A stretch of DNA of 64,000 bases from Lepidodermella squamata (taxonomy: Eukaryota > Animalia > Gastrotricha), in assembly GCA_047495785.1 (NCBI GenBank), contig JBLDXI010000045.1:744001-808000 (forward strand). Reading direction: 5' to 3'. Position 1 is the stretch's first letter. Every line of letters starts with the position of its first letter. Positions 12,380-26,140 of this stretch are shown here, in pieces. Position numbers and translations under genes: made by a program. The notes below the pieces were generated by a model. That model did not search any database and was not told the DNA's origin. It saw nothing but the letters and a program-made list of their open reading frames with translations.

Positions 12380-13063
12380 GCCCCAGATTAGGAATTAGGA
12401 TTAGGAATGGATAAACTTGATTGGTAGCGTTTGCTGCTTGAAATTATTCAGCAATAAAATAAACGGAATGGCTCCTCGTGTGCTGTTTTGAAGTTTTAGG
12501 TTTAGAGCTTGGATTGGGGTCTGAAATCCCAATAGAAGCTATGCTGATAATCTTCTCACATTTACGAGCATCAAAATTCGGGGTTATCTGTGCCTTTCTA
12601 GCGCATTCCTGTCATTAGTCCGTATGCAGAGTGAATTACCTACAACTAAGCTCGAAAAGCTTCACCTTTTCAATATGTCCGAGGTAAGGACAATTTTTGT
12701 TATCGTGGTTTTTGCATTCAAGCGCGCGTTATTTTTCACGCCGCATTTCAACCATAAACAACGGGTAAATTACTAACCCAAAATCACGTGAGCTTGCGTT
12801 GTAGCACAATGCGTTTTGGATATATTATTACTCAGTGCTTTTTTCAGCAAAAAATACCTGGAAAAACGCCGGTTTCGGATCATAAATATTTCCATGAAAA
12901 AAAGACAAAACCTTGTTGTTTATAAGTTTTTATTCGGATCTAAATTACTTTCTCGACTTATTATTTGAATAGGAGGAAAACAGTGGCAAATAGAATTGTC
13001 ACGGCAAAAATACGATTCTCTCAGTGAGGGACGGACTTGAACATGAATGCATCATCTGACACC

Positions 13064-13084
13064 TATATGTATATATATATATAT
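13064..13084. repeat. (TA)n microsatellite
   Basis: tatatgtatatatatatatat. Confidence 0.8.
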
Positions 13085-14668
13085 GAATGATAGAAACTCA
13101 ACGTAAAAAATATCCAACTCTGATGACTTTAAATTACATAATCATTATTATCATTCGCATATTGTTGTTATAACGTCGTGAAGAATAAGAGGCACAACTT
13201 GATCGAAGTCAGTACGAACTCAGTCGGCAGTACGCTTATCAACAGACGGCAGGCGGTGTTGAAAAGAATTCATTCTTCAAAGCAGAATCGATGGCTAGAA
13301 ATAGAGTGGTATTATCATTAGTATAGTAATAACAGCCTAGTGGTAGTGTGACTCGCGATGCTTACAAGTGTTTTTGTTGTCGTGTCATGTCATCATTGGC
13401 AAGTTGATGATTGCGCCTCAATCAAACAACCAACAAACAAAGCACTTGCAGTGTTCAGCATCACTCAACGTCCATTATACATTTTTTCTTTAGTATTGCG
13501 TGACAGAAACGATTTCAATTTTCGCCTCTACAATGAGTTTTTTGTTTTGAAATCAATCAACCAACTCATAATGAATGACACTGACATATCAAGAACAGAA
13601 AAATAATTATTATTAGGAGTAAAGAAATATTTTCCTTTTGTGGCTGTGTGTGTGTGGTGTGAGTGCTTGTCAGGCTTGCTCTCAGTATCTCATCATCAAG
13701 TCCACATGCACTAGACATTTTTTAAGGAGGAATTTTTATAAGTCGAGACGCGCTCGAGGATTCGATGCACGGTCAGTCTCATTTTTTGGTTTAGCGTTTT
13801 TAAGAATTAATTTAATGTATTTTTTTAGCTAAGATTAAGTTAGAGAGATAGTGTTTCAGAGGCTATTGTACAACATCACCGGGGGTTAGCTCATCCATCC
13901 GCATCGTGCGTCGAGCGCACCACCTCGCGTACAATGCAACTGCAAACTGAGTTGCAATATCTCGCTATTACAAGGTAAAAAACGTAGAAGACAAAGCAGA
14001 AGACATAAAGGCTATTTCTTTTCAATCAATCAATCGTGTGTCAGTGATGATGATGGTAGAATTAGTAGTAGTAGTTTCAACTAAATTTTCCAGCCATTCA
14101 TCTATATGACGACGGTGATGTTGTAGCTTAGTTGTTGTTGTTCTTGTTGTTGTTGCTGATTCATTCAGTCGGGCGCGGTGGTCAGACGATGCGGACGGAC
14201 GTCTACGCGACTAATACGGACGAGGTGTTTCGGTCCAGGACACTTGCTTCGAATAATATAAGTTAATTCATAGATACGAAATGCTCATTTGAATATAAAC
14301 AGTAGGACAAGATTTTCAATATCTGAAAGTGTTGTTTGCTGCTCCTCTACTTCGACGTACACAATCACGATCGCACACTTTTTCACTGGGTGAACATAAG
14401 AAGATGCAGAAGATAATTCAAGAAAATATACGGTGGATCGGCAGTAGACGGTAGGTGAGTCTAATGACTGCAGGGTACACAGTTCTGAAGCGCGAAAGCT
14501 CACAGCACCGTAGCACGAGTCACAATGTATACTATAAACGCGACTGTGCTTAAATGCATCAATCATTCGATTAGTAGATCATCGAAAAACATCGGCTGCT
14601 TAGCCATATACACAAATAAAGTCAGTGCTAAAAGTTTTTGTTTTGCTTTGAAGTATCCTTAGGTTGCC

Positions 14669-15956
14669 CTAAGCCTTAGGAGCAGCCTGCGTTGGCGTTG
14701 TGGCCAACGTGTGTTGCGGCAGTTCGTGCAGCGGCGTTTCGTAGGGCGCCGGAAGAACGGCATCGCTCGGCTCCACGCCCCAGATGTCACGGGCGTACTC
14801 GCGGATCGTGCGGTCGCTCGAAAACTTGCCAGAAGCGGCAATATTCAACAGCGCCTTGCGGTGCCAAGCGCGTTGATCCTAAAACGAAAAAAAAAAGAAA
14901 ATCAACTCAGAATTAAAGAAAATTCAAATATTGTGAGGAAAAATTTAGAAAAAATAGATTAATTTTCCTATTAAGGGGGATTTTCCGATGCAGTGAAAAC
15001 TGGGCTAGCCGGACTAAGATAGCGGCACATAATAACTTCCGGCTTAGTGCAAATCCGGAGTCCGGTCTGAAGGGACCGCCGGACGAGCGAAAGCCTCTGA
15101 AAGATCCTCTAAGAAATTCCGGTTTAGACGTCCTCGGCTTTACGAAACTTTCACTGCATTTGAGTTCAGTTAAACCAGTTCTTGGAATTTTTAAAGTTAT
15201 TTCCCGAAAAATATGCTAATATCTAACTATGCTTTTGGTGAATTCTTCAAGTTTCAGACACAATTCAAGATACGGCGCGGATTTTCGGAAAATTCGGTAG
15301 TAGGACTTACCATGTAGAGCTTAGCGACTTCCTCCTGAGCCTTGATGTAAGCATCAAAGTCAGCCATAAGACAGAAGCGGTCGTGGTTAAGCAAGTTGTC
15401 AGCCAGCGGCGTGAACAAGTTCGGATCCTCGGGCGAGAAGAAGCCGGTGCGCAGCTGGTCGATGGCGAGGCGCAGCTCGGGGTTGCGCTCGTAGTACTGG
15501 CGCGGGTTGTAGCCCTGGCGGTGCAGAGCCTCAACGTCCTCGACCGTCATGCCGAAGATGAACATGTTCTCGCGGCCGGCCTCCTCCATCATCTCGACAT
15601 TGGCGCCGTCGAGCGTGCCAATGGTCAGCGCGCCGTTCAACATGAACTTCATGTTACCGGTGCCGGACGCCTCAGTGCCAGCCAGGGAGATTTGCTCCGA
15701 CAAATCCGCCGCCGGGATGATCTTCTCAGCCATGGTGACACGGTAGTTGGGCAAGAACACCAAGCGCAGACGCGTGCCAACAATCGGATCCGTGTTGATC
15801 ACGGCGCCGACGTTGCTGATCAGCTTGATGATCAGACGGGCAATGTGGTAGCCCGGAGCTGCCTTGCCGCCGATGAGCACGGTTCGCGGGACCATGTGCA
15901 GCGACGGGTTGCGGCGAATTCGGTTGTACAGCACAATGACGTGCAGCACGTTCAAC

Positions 15957-15993
<37 letters not shown>

Positions 15994-18900
15994 TGTCGAA
16001 GATCGACGCCGGGTCGATGGTGACGCCGCACTGGCGGGCGACCATCTCAGCGAGTTGCGTCTTGTTGTCCAGCTTAATTCGCGCGATAGCCGCGATGATC
16101 TGGTCGTCGTTGACCGAGTTGCGCAGCTGCGCGAGTTCGGACAGGTTAGTCACCCAGCCCGGGCCGATGTTGTTCGAGATGAGGTCGGCGAGCGCGTAGT
16201 TGCACAGCAACAGCCAGCGGCGGGGCGTGATGCCGTTCGTCTTGTTCTGGAACTTCTGCGGCCACAGCTCGTAGAAGTCGCGGAACAGGTCCGCCTTCAA
16301 GATTTCCGAGTGGATCTGCGCGACTCCGTTGACGGCGTGCGAGCCAACGACGGCGAGCAGGGCCATGTTAACGCGCTTGTGCGGCCACTCTTCGATGAGC
16401 GACATGCGGCCGAGGCGGTCGTTGTCGCCCGGCCAGCGCAGCGCGACTTCGGCGAGGTGGCGCGAGTTGATTTCGTAGATGATCTGGAGGTGGCGCGGCA
16501 GGAGACGCTCGAACATCTCGACCGGCCAGCGCTCGAGCGCCTCCGGCAACACCGTGTGGTTGGTGTAGGCGCAGGCGCCGCACGTCACCTTCCACGCGTC
16601 CTCCCAGACCAGGCCTTCGATATCAACGAGCAGACGCATGAGCTCGGAGATGGCGAGCGCCGGGTGGGTGTCGTTAAGCTGGATGGCGACCTTCTCCGGG
16701 AACGACGAGAAGCTGGTGCGGGACGGCGCGCGTTCGCCGTACTTGACGGTCTTGAAGCGGCGCATCACGTCCTGGAGGGTGGCTGCGACGAGGAAGTACT
16801 CCTGGCGCAGACGCAGCTCCTTGCCCTCGAAGAAGTTGTCGTTCGGGTAGAGGACTCGCGAGATGTTCTCGGCCTGGAAGCGATCGCACACGGCCTGCAC
16901 GTACTCGCCCGAGTTGAAGAACTTGAGGTTGAAAGCCACCGGGGCTCGGGCGGCCCACAGGCGCAGCGTGTTCACCGTGTTGTTGCGGTAGCCTGGCACG
17001 GGCGTGTCGTAAGGCATCGCGAACACGATCTGCGTGTCGACCCAGCGACGGCGGTCGCTGCCAGGCACGATCTCGACGCGTCCGTAGAAGTTCACCGGTA
17101 TCATGTACTCAGGACGCGGCTGCTCCCACGGGTTGCCGTAGCGCAACCAATCATCCGGGTCTTCTCTCTATAAATAGCAAAAGCAAGAAAAATCACAATT
17201 AATATTCGGCACTAATTTTCAGTGCAATTGTATCGATTTTTTTCTGCTGAAATTAGGTCAAAAAGACTAACCTGCCAGCCGTTCTCGAGACGCTGCGTGA
17301 AAATACCATAATCGTAACGGATACCGTAGCCGTAAGCCGCAAGACCGACAGTTGACATCGAGTCCAAAAAGCAGGCAGCGAGACGGCCGAGACCGCCGTT
17401 GCCCAAGCCGGCGTCTTCCTCGGCCTCGGCAAGTTCTTCCATGTCAAGACCCAGCTGAATAGGGGAACATTATTAGAACAAGGCCATTGAAACATCACAC
17501 ACAGCGACAATCAATGCGCTGAATTCAGGGCCCTTTTTAATGTGAGTGTGAATTTTTCGGACACGCCCGGCCCCGCATATTGGAACATACCTGTACATGT
17601 AAATCGGCATTCAGCCTGGCTTCTTAATAGTAGCGCGACCGGTGCAGTTTTAGAATAAATGCTCGGCCGGAGACGAAGATTAAGTGGTAGCATTAAGGTG
17701 GAGATTAAGAAAGTGTCGACGATATAAGGTGTTAACAATATAATAAGAAGCAAGTGTCCTACGCGCGTAGTTCGTCCGCCCGATGATAGTAATAAGCTAG
17801 TAGAAGTAGTTAGGCTAATTCTTGGATATAAAAATATACCGCACAACTCACACAGTTCATCATTAAGAAAAGAAAAATCGACTGAAACTGAAAACTGAAA
17901 ATAGCCTGAATGCTATGTGCCCTGAACCTTATCCTATATATACAGCAACTCGCTCAACTGTACAACAATGAAAGGCTCTGATATCATCATCATCATCATC
18001 AATATATCATGATCAAGAAGAATTTTCAAGGCGCGACGACGGTCAAATTAGAGTGACTTATTGTACCGAACTAGTTGGTCTTACGTCATTTAGAAGTAGC
18101 GATGATGATTAGGTGTAGAAATCGCGCGTTGAATTCGACTGATATGTGTAACAAAAAATCGAATTCGAAAAATTGAAGAAACTAGATTCATTTGTTAAAT
18201 TTGTAAAATGAACTAATTGACCGCGAGCGTTAAGATTTGAAGCTGAGTTCAAGTGTTCAAAGAGGAGATGATGACTGAGGTAGGTCGATCGAATCACGTG
18301 GTAACATCTCGAGCCGAACTCGTCAGTTGTAACGATGGATGGCGGCGCTCTTTCTCGCATGGTCCTGGTGATGTGTTGGTGGTAACAAAATTAACACGAG
18401 CAGACACCAGTTAATCTGCTCGCGGACCATCGCAAAATTAATAAGTGTGCTAGATAGGTAACAGGTAGAGGTAACAGAGTAACAAGGGAAACATCGAATC
18501 GTTTCGAAGATCAAGGCAAGATTCGCCGAAGTTTTGAGAAAATGTTAAGGGCGTTCTGTAAAAATTTGAAACTGAAAAATGTTTCGAGCAAGAGCGCGAA
18601 CGCGCGCGATAATATATATTGATATACGCGAGCGATATATATTTTTTATTTAAACATATAACAATAATACGGAGCCGCAGAAATAAGACTGGCGATGACT
18701 GTAATAAAATATAGCCTCTCTGATATATAACTAACACGCATCACGTGTAAGAGAAGCCGCCCGAGCTGCTTGCTCGGTGCAATCGCCGATGCACCGGGCG
18801 CAGCAGAATGTGCGCGCGCGTAAAAGAACGACGTCGCGCCACAGCCGTCGTTTCTCGCTCGCTCGCGCGCATTCGCATTCGCTCTCACTTTATACTGCAT

Positions 18901-21273
18901 ATATATATTGGCAATAGACAGCAGCAGACTGTGTTGTAATATAAAACATTGCAGAGCAAAAAACAAATGTTTAAAGGCGGCGGCGCGTACTCGGCCATGT
19001 TCGGTGCAGAAAGCCGGCCGCCGAGCCAGACGATCAATAAAAACGCAAAAAATGCACGCGCATGCATGCTATACGCCTATAAAGCATACGGCCTGGCCAG
19101 AATGTATATGCCTTAGTAATATCATCGCCCACACTACCGCACCGAACGCGCCGCGCGCATGTTTCACGGCAAAAGACTTTATCATCATCGACAAATTTTG
19201 CACCGGTGCAAAGGCAGCACGGCGGCAACCGACCACGGTCAGCTGTAGTCAATGCCTTATTATTAATACACGCGTGCCTAGTAACGGCCTAGTATTACTT
19301 CAGCACACATACACACCCACAACTCTTTTATAATGAGCGCGTAATAACATTCGCATTTTTGATGTGCTGTACCCAAGACAGACTTTGCACCGAATCGGTG
19401 CGGAGAATTTTTTCGCATACAAAATACTGGGCAATACTGTGTATGTAGTAGTAGGCGCAGCACGCGATAAGCCAAAAACACATGTTGTCCATTTACGCGG
19501 CCGGCGAAAAAAGCGAAAAGACCCGCGACGAGTGCACTGCTGCCAAGCAGGCCGGGGGTGTGTCCGAATCCGTGCGTGTTAGCTTTACCCCGTGCCAAGA
19601 ATATGAATTACGACGAGGGTGTTACGACCGCATAATGCAACGAACCCAGTTCAAGTGTTTCAAGTTAAATTACCCTAAGCTATGATGACTTCAACCTAAA
19701 TTTCGTCATTCTTAAGAAATTTGCTAAGGTAAGATGTCTTCTCACCGCCTCTCGAAGACTGCCGACCCTGTCATCTTCAAATCGAACATCAACGCCCTTA
19801 CCTCCCTGTAGCCGAAACATTTTTCGTAAATTAAAAGAAAACTTATTCAAGACTTTGTTAAATTTCTACGCTTTATATTCACTATTATATTAATTCAACG
19901 TTCATTTCACAATTTATCTGACTTAAGCTTTCTCAGAACCGGGGGAAAGAGGATTGAGAGCTTCCAACACCGCACAAGTGCGAACATGTTGGAAATTCTT
20001 GAACTGAATTCTTAAGCTACCTCGTGTGACGTCGAAAATCAACTAAAACAATTTAGTTCAACCACAAGCTTAATTTTAACCGAAGCATTGAGCTATTTAC
20101 TTTGAACTACCTAGTTGATTATCTATGCTTATGATCCTTGACTTGGGTTTAAGGTATCTACAGTGCGAGTTGTCTAATCCTGATTGAATGTCCTATGTCC
20201 ATCTCTGCGAACCCTGGTTAAGTAACCGCCTTAATTTCTTATACTTTCCTTAAAACTTTACGGGCTGAGAACAACTATTAGGCGGGTGACTCGAGCTCAT
20301 GAAGCTAATGAATCTCAGCTGGTACCGCTTACACTAGCGTAACGGTGGTTGGTACTTCGAACCGACGTAATCAACGTCAATTGAACGCAATTGAAAGCTT
20401 CAAACCTCAAACCCTTTTCCGCTATCAATATACTATCATAGGCTTCGATTCTGCTTACCGAGACACGCTGTTCAAATCACTGCCCGATAGGGATTATAAG
20501 GACTCTTAGAGTTCAAGTCATTAGTGCGAAGTTTTTGAGTTTGGAAATTGCAATCATTCAACTTTCAATCCATTTTACAGATAGCCAACATCTTTTGGTT
20601 GGCTTTTACTTCACAGCTCACCAAGCTTCGACACTCACTGCCATAAGTACCTTTAGAATGAAGCCAAACTCATGACTTCCATCTATTTCTATCAAATGTC
20701 TCCTTTTTACTGAACTTTCCAAAATTATTAGCACTCAACCGGGTTCGTTTTATTGCGGCCACCATGAATGCTACCAAATTTTCATATATTATATCCACCA
20801 ATCAGGAAATCTGTCGTCAAATCTGAGGAAAACTGACTAACCTGATACAGGGCCTCGTCACAGGTCTGTTGCAGACCCAGATTGATCATGGTGTTGGTGA
20901 GTGTGCGGCCCATGTAGAACTCGAGCGACAGGTAGTAGATGCGCTTGGGGTCGCGCTCGTAGTAGTACTGCTGGGTTCGAATCCAGCGACCGACTAGATG
21001 GTCGCGAACAGAGTAGGCCAACGCGAAGTAGTAGTCGCGGTTCGTCGCCACGTTGCGATCCTTGGCCAGCGAGAAGTGCAGGTGCTGGTTGAACTGGCGC
21101 TTGATGTTGGCAACGTTCTCGACGAGCGAGATGCCGCGCACGGAAATGCCGCGCTTTCGCCGGTAGTCATTCGACGTCGTGTCGATCGGGCCACCGGGCG
21201 TCGTCGGCGTCTGGCCAGGCGCGTTCGCCAGGTGCAAGATCCCCTGCGGAGCGGCGGGGGACTGAGCAGACAT
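14669..21273 (-). CDS. PYG: Glycogen phosphorylase (about 893 aa, 4 exons)
   Basis: Exons 20842-21273, 17272-17454, 15311-17167, 14669-14878, all phase 0. Motifs RKRGISVRG (regulatory Ser), [27 protein letters not shown] (PLP lysine) and [13 protein letters not shown]. Confidence 0.98.
14988..15159. mobile_element. Degenerate MITE, about 170 bp, possibly Tc1/pogo-type, in the last phosphorylase intron
   Basis: 11-bp inverted ends ATGCAGTGAAA / TTTCACTGCAT and internal TTCCGG(C/T)TTAG repeats. No clean TA target duplication. Confidence 0.5.
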
Positions 21274-22024
21274 CGTTATTTATCGACTCGTTGAAGTTCG
21301 ATGAAGAAGAAACAAACGGAGATATAGCCGACAATAAATAAACTTATAATATCACTCGGTTGCCTTTGGCCGGGATAATAGCAAATAAAAATAAATAATA
21401 ATAATCTCTAGATGGAAAAGAAGACGCCACATCAAAACAAAATTAAGAAGAAATCTGCAAATGAAACACAAATTTTAATGACATGAAAAACGTGATGAAA
21501 TAATGTCACATCCATCAGCCGAAGATCGCGTAGCGAATTCGTGGCGAGAGCGGGCATCTGCAACAACACAAAAAAGCAACGTAAATTACAGCAATTCTTA
21601 AAACCAAGTCACTCTTTCTATTCGGGTCCATATACTACCGCTTTTGACCCGTTTCCAAAAGATAAGATAACCGCTACCGCGGCTAAAAACGCAAGCCAAT
21701 CCAGCCAAGTCAACTACCGTTCTAGTTGTTTGACTTGGAAAGGCAACAATCCTCATCTTGGAGGGCAATTTAATTATGAATATGAAATTCAGAGAACTTA
21801 ACGTCAGCCAACGCTATTTTTCAATTATTGGATATTATCAGTTACCGAAGAAAGAGATGAAGAGAGATTTTACAATTGTTAATGATTTATTTCCCGACGA
21901 CAGCAAATTTGACTTCAAGGCTTGTACAAGTGATATGAATTCGAAAGGAGCGTAAAAGGTTCAGTTACGTTATTTAAAGGATAGGTTTGTTACTTTGAAG
22001 GCTTACAAACCTTACCCCTTGAAG

Positions 22025-24916
22025 TTATTGCTTCGACGAAGCGGCACCCGCAGCCTTTTTCGCCTTGGGCTTCGGCTTAGCGGGTGATTCATTTATTGAC
22101 GGCATTGGGATCGACACTGAACTCGAAGTACCAGAGGATGAAAGCACGACGAAAGCTTGTTTTTCTTTCTGCTGACGTTGCTGAAGCCGGCCGAGGGTAC
22201 CGAGGGGTGTGTCCCAGCTAGCCGTTTGCAGCACCCTACGCTCTTGAGCTTCTTTCCGCAGTTTTTTCTCCACCTTCTTCTTGCCTGAGGTTTTACCGTG
22301 GAAGCGATGAGATAGCAGTCTGAAAGCTTCTTTTTGGTTGACAGTTTTCCCAGTGTCGTCAACATATTCAAGCTTCACTTCGGGTTGATACGTGTTTTTT
22401 TCGCAGAAATCAACGATTGGCCCATTCAGGCGCTCTCGGTTTTGACCGCGATTGCGGTTGCCGGAGAATTTAGCATCTATATCTCCGTGACCTCGCTCTT
22501 CGACATGGAAGTTCTTGGCAGCTAGCTGTGACACTTTTCCGCCAACGACAGCTGTGCCTCCTCCGCCAGATGCTTCTTTCGACTTTTCAAGATAGCCCTT
22601 CATCGAGGCGAGGCGGAGAGCCTCGAAAACAGATGATGCGGCTTTAGGCTCATGGCCCAAGACGAACTCGTCCTCACTTTCCTCGCTGCTTTCTTCCGCA
22701 GAATCATCGGCAGTTTTTTCTTTCGCCTCTTTCTTAATGTCCGACTTCTTCGGAGCAGAATCTTGCTTTTTCGGCCGTTTAGCGCCGCCTTCGTCGTCGC
22801 TGTTGTCCTGTTTTCGGTAACTTCTGGCTGAGGCTTTCCTGCGCTCCTTTTTTTCTTCGTCCTCACTGTTAGAAGCTTCCATTCTATCGTCATGGCCATT
22901 GCCGTTATCCGCCTCTGGCGCACCAACGGTTGGCAAATCGCCGATTCCTCGGCAAAACTCGCTAGTTTGGTTGAGCATGACCCAGCCTGAGCCTTCTGAG
23001 ACACTAGACATGGCATCGAGACTAGGATTCATGGTTGTATGGGTCAGTAGATCAACGGCAACGTGTTCCGGGAGTTTCCGACCCAACTTCGAACCATTCG
23101 ACTCGACCTCTGAAGTGAGCTCTCGAATCTTTTTCGAACGGCTCAGAGTCGCTTTGAGCTCGGCATCTTCCACCTCGAAGTGTTCTAATAAAAAAAATAT
23201 CAAGTATGATTGGTCGGTGTGATTAAAATCGATGTTTCATACCAGGACGAACAAGAGGCTTAACGTCGTTCGTTTCCATCGGTACAGCTGTTTCTGATTG
23301 TCCATTTGCCCCCTCTGTGGTTTCATTCTCGACTGGCAGTAAATCGTCAGCTTTCAGTGTGCGCGTTGGTTTTCTTACCTTGCGCACCTTTTTGAACTTG
23401 GCAGCCTATTCATTGCAAAAAATGGATGGTAAAAAAAAACTACCACATATGTCAATAACAAACCATTTCTTCGGGTGTGTAGTATTCACTAGCGATAGCA
23501 GGCCCGGAGCTATTCAACGATGTTGTGGCCTATTTAGAATAGAAAAAAACCGATTACTGCGAATGGACTGGCAAGCAAATATTTCATTACCAGCATCGCA
23601 GGTCGAGCGCTGATTGTGGGACGAGGCGGCGCTTTCAACTTCGCTCTCAATTCTTCCAGCGGGTCCATGTCTACCTCGATTTTCGGCTGAACTGCCACTG
23701 GTTCGCTAGTCGACGCACCATTCTCAGGTTTGGCAATAGGTTTTCGTTCAATCCGACGCTCGACATCGTCGTCATCATCATGTTTGCTGCCACTTAGAAC
23801 GAAGTATTGTTTCTTTCGTCCATAAATTTCTTCGTCATATTTATTTAATAATTTTGTACCTTCCGCGCCGTCTGCGTCGTCGTAAGGCCGGTAACGAACG
23901 ACGCCGTAACCACTGACTTTCTCTGCGCTTTTCTTATTCGCCATGTTTTGCTCGGCTCGTTCTTCATCGGCGAGATTCACGTTCTCCAGAACGTCGCCTT
24001 CATCCTCCTCCTCATCACCCTCCGCAAGAACTGGCTTGTCTTTTAGAGTTAAAATAATCGGCCTCTCATCCTTCAGACGATCGAGGGAATGTTGAACCTT
24101 GAGACCGGCAAGGTCTCTGCTCGAATATCTAGGCTTATCGGGTCCAGGCTCAGGTTCAGCTAATTGTTCGTCAGCTTCGGCCAATAGCTTTTCCTAAAAA
24201 TAATTGATGTCGCACTTTATTAGAATGAGTAATGAAACTCCAATATTACTCTCTGTTTTGCGAGATCCTGTTCTCGGCTGCGCTGAACCCATGAAGATAT
24301 ATCATCGACTGAGTCATCTTCAGCTAATGGTTTTGCAGTGATATTTTCCACAACGCGGCGCTTTTCTCGGGCGAGTTCGATTTTGTGCCGAATTTTTTCC
24401 GCTTCCCTCTGAATGAAAAAAAAGAAATGTTAAAGATTCTCTGACAAAGAATGAATAGCTCACATCTTCAGTCATATTTTTCGTCAATACGAATACTTCT
24501 TCGGTTTTCGTGGATTTGGCGGCTGGTGCTGATGAAGAAGCTCCGCCAGCAGCGGGACCTGACGGGGCTTGGAGTGGTTTCAGACCCAACATAGCACGAA
24601 GTTTACTGAAGTGAAAAAATAATTGAAAATAACATTGTATTTCCTGAAATAAACGCACTTGGTCTCTTCGATGGACAGTGACTTGTCATCTCCGCCTCCT
24701 TTGACAGTTGGGGCCGATTCCTCCACTCGTTCTGGAAACATTCAACGATTATTTAGTTTGAAAGTGGTATTAAAAGTAGTATTGTATACTTTCGCTTTTG
24801 CGCTGCTTAGAATCATCAGCTTCGCGCGATCGAGAGCGAGATCGCGATCTTGACCGTGATTCGCGGTGATGCTTGCGATGCTTTTTCTCCTTCCGGCTGC
24901 GCTTTTTCGATTCCAT
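22025..24916 (-). CDS. SART1: U4/U6.U5 tri-snRNP-associated protein 1 (Snu66)
   Basis: RS-rich N-terminus, HIND motif SLSIEETN|KLRAMLGLKPL, LAGLKVQHS..IILTLKD, and C-terminal KEAFRLLSHRFHGKTSGKKK. Multiple short introns. Confidence 0.95.
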
Positions 24917-25329
24917 TGTATGATAATTCACAAAAAGCCTAGAAACAATTTTTTGGAATTAATTGGGTGTTGGGTAACCTCGCTCTATCAGCGAATAATT
25001 GTACATGCCCGATTGTTAATCCTGTAAAAGCAATCAGTTTTAAGACTTGGCAGTAGGTTAGCAACATTAAGAAACCCAGAGAGACGCGAGTTATTTCAAC
25101 TCGATTGTCCAGTCACAATGAACATCAACACTCGGCGAGACAGAAAGTAGTGTTGTGAACACGCGTTTTGGCGCGTTGCTCGAACGCGTGCCAATGAAAT
25201 GCCTTTCTGATCAGCGAAGCAAAAGTAATAATATATCTCATGTTATTTCTGCATCAATGATCAAAGCTTGCCGAGATCACCGCGCTTAAAAATAAGCCTT
25301 CATTCGGCAGAAAAAAATGCGCTGATTAT

Positions 25330-26140
25330 CAAGCCCGGTTTTTATGCCCAATTCTAACTTTGACATCAGGAATATGGTGTCTCGTCAGAATTGGAGTCAA
25401 TGATAGAGCTTCATCGCTAATCGCTAGTACCTTGACGTGGTTTGGGGGCTTTGGATAACCCGTGAAACAATGCCTGTGATTCAATTGAAGCGAAGAGACG
25501 GACGATGATAACTAAACTAAGACCAAATTCTTCCAGACGTGGCACCCTGCGTTGAGAGTCAGAAAGTCATCACAATGAGAACCGCAGCAGTTAATCAATT
25601 TACTCAGTCTGAACTGTTATGCAGTTGCTGGTTCTTAAGGTCGATAAAAGCCTGCTATTATCGCTGAAACTGGATAATTAATGACATATACGATGGCAAA
25701 ATTCGCTGGCAGCTAAGCCACTAAATACAGAGAACTTTGAAAATTCGCGTACCACCGTGCGCCTAGAGAATGCAAGGCTCCTTGTGATCGGAGTGAGTTT
25801 AATCTATGTTTTCTGGAGACCATACAGCTATTTGATCTGACGTAAACCACAATTCCGGTCTGCCGTCGGCGCCCAGCGCCCAGGCCAACGTTGGTCGAGG
25901 GAAATCAGAAACTAAGAAGGCAAGCATGTAAGCGAAAGAATAGATCATGACAAAACATTCTTCAGGCAGCATTAAGGATGAAACTTATTGATAATGACGG
26001 CTTTAATTCAGGGTTTCGCCTCTTCCACAGCGCAGGCATAAATCGTTCGAAAAGGCAACGCCAACAGGTTCTAGGTTCTGGCTAGATGTGGAATTTCGTG
26101 GAGGCACAAGATCTTTGCAGAAATTCATGCTTAGAACCCA
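25330..26140 (-). mobile_element. Possible highly decayed non-LTR retrotransposon APE endonuclease relic
   Basis: Ordered minus-strand fragments VLSMNF..ETLN, GIVVYVR (25836-25856), IIAGFYRP* (GFYRP at 25638-25652), a frameshifted D-L-N, LEEFGL and SIID. Many stops and imperfect spacing. Confidence 0.3.

Noticed and set aside
12387-12407. Three TTAGG units resembling a telomeric repeat
   Set aside because: Too short and irregular, and it lies in a 3' UTR.
14600-14671. Stop-codon readthrough extension of phosphorylase (TAG GGC followed by about 22 codons)
   Set aside because: Length is expected by chance, with no recognised readthrough context or targeting signal.
15383-17173. 596-aa ORF on the + strand
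   Set aside because: Antisense shadow of phosphorylase exon 3 caused by extreme GC3. No independent motifs. The same applies to antisense ORFs over the K2P tail, SNW1, CEP192, the sushi genes and the nesprin.
17455-20841. Short ORFs in phosphorylase intron 1 as nested genes or alternative first exons
   Set aside because: No recognisable domains, coding bias or coherent splice chain.
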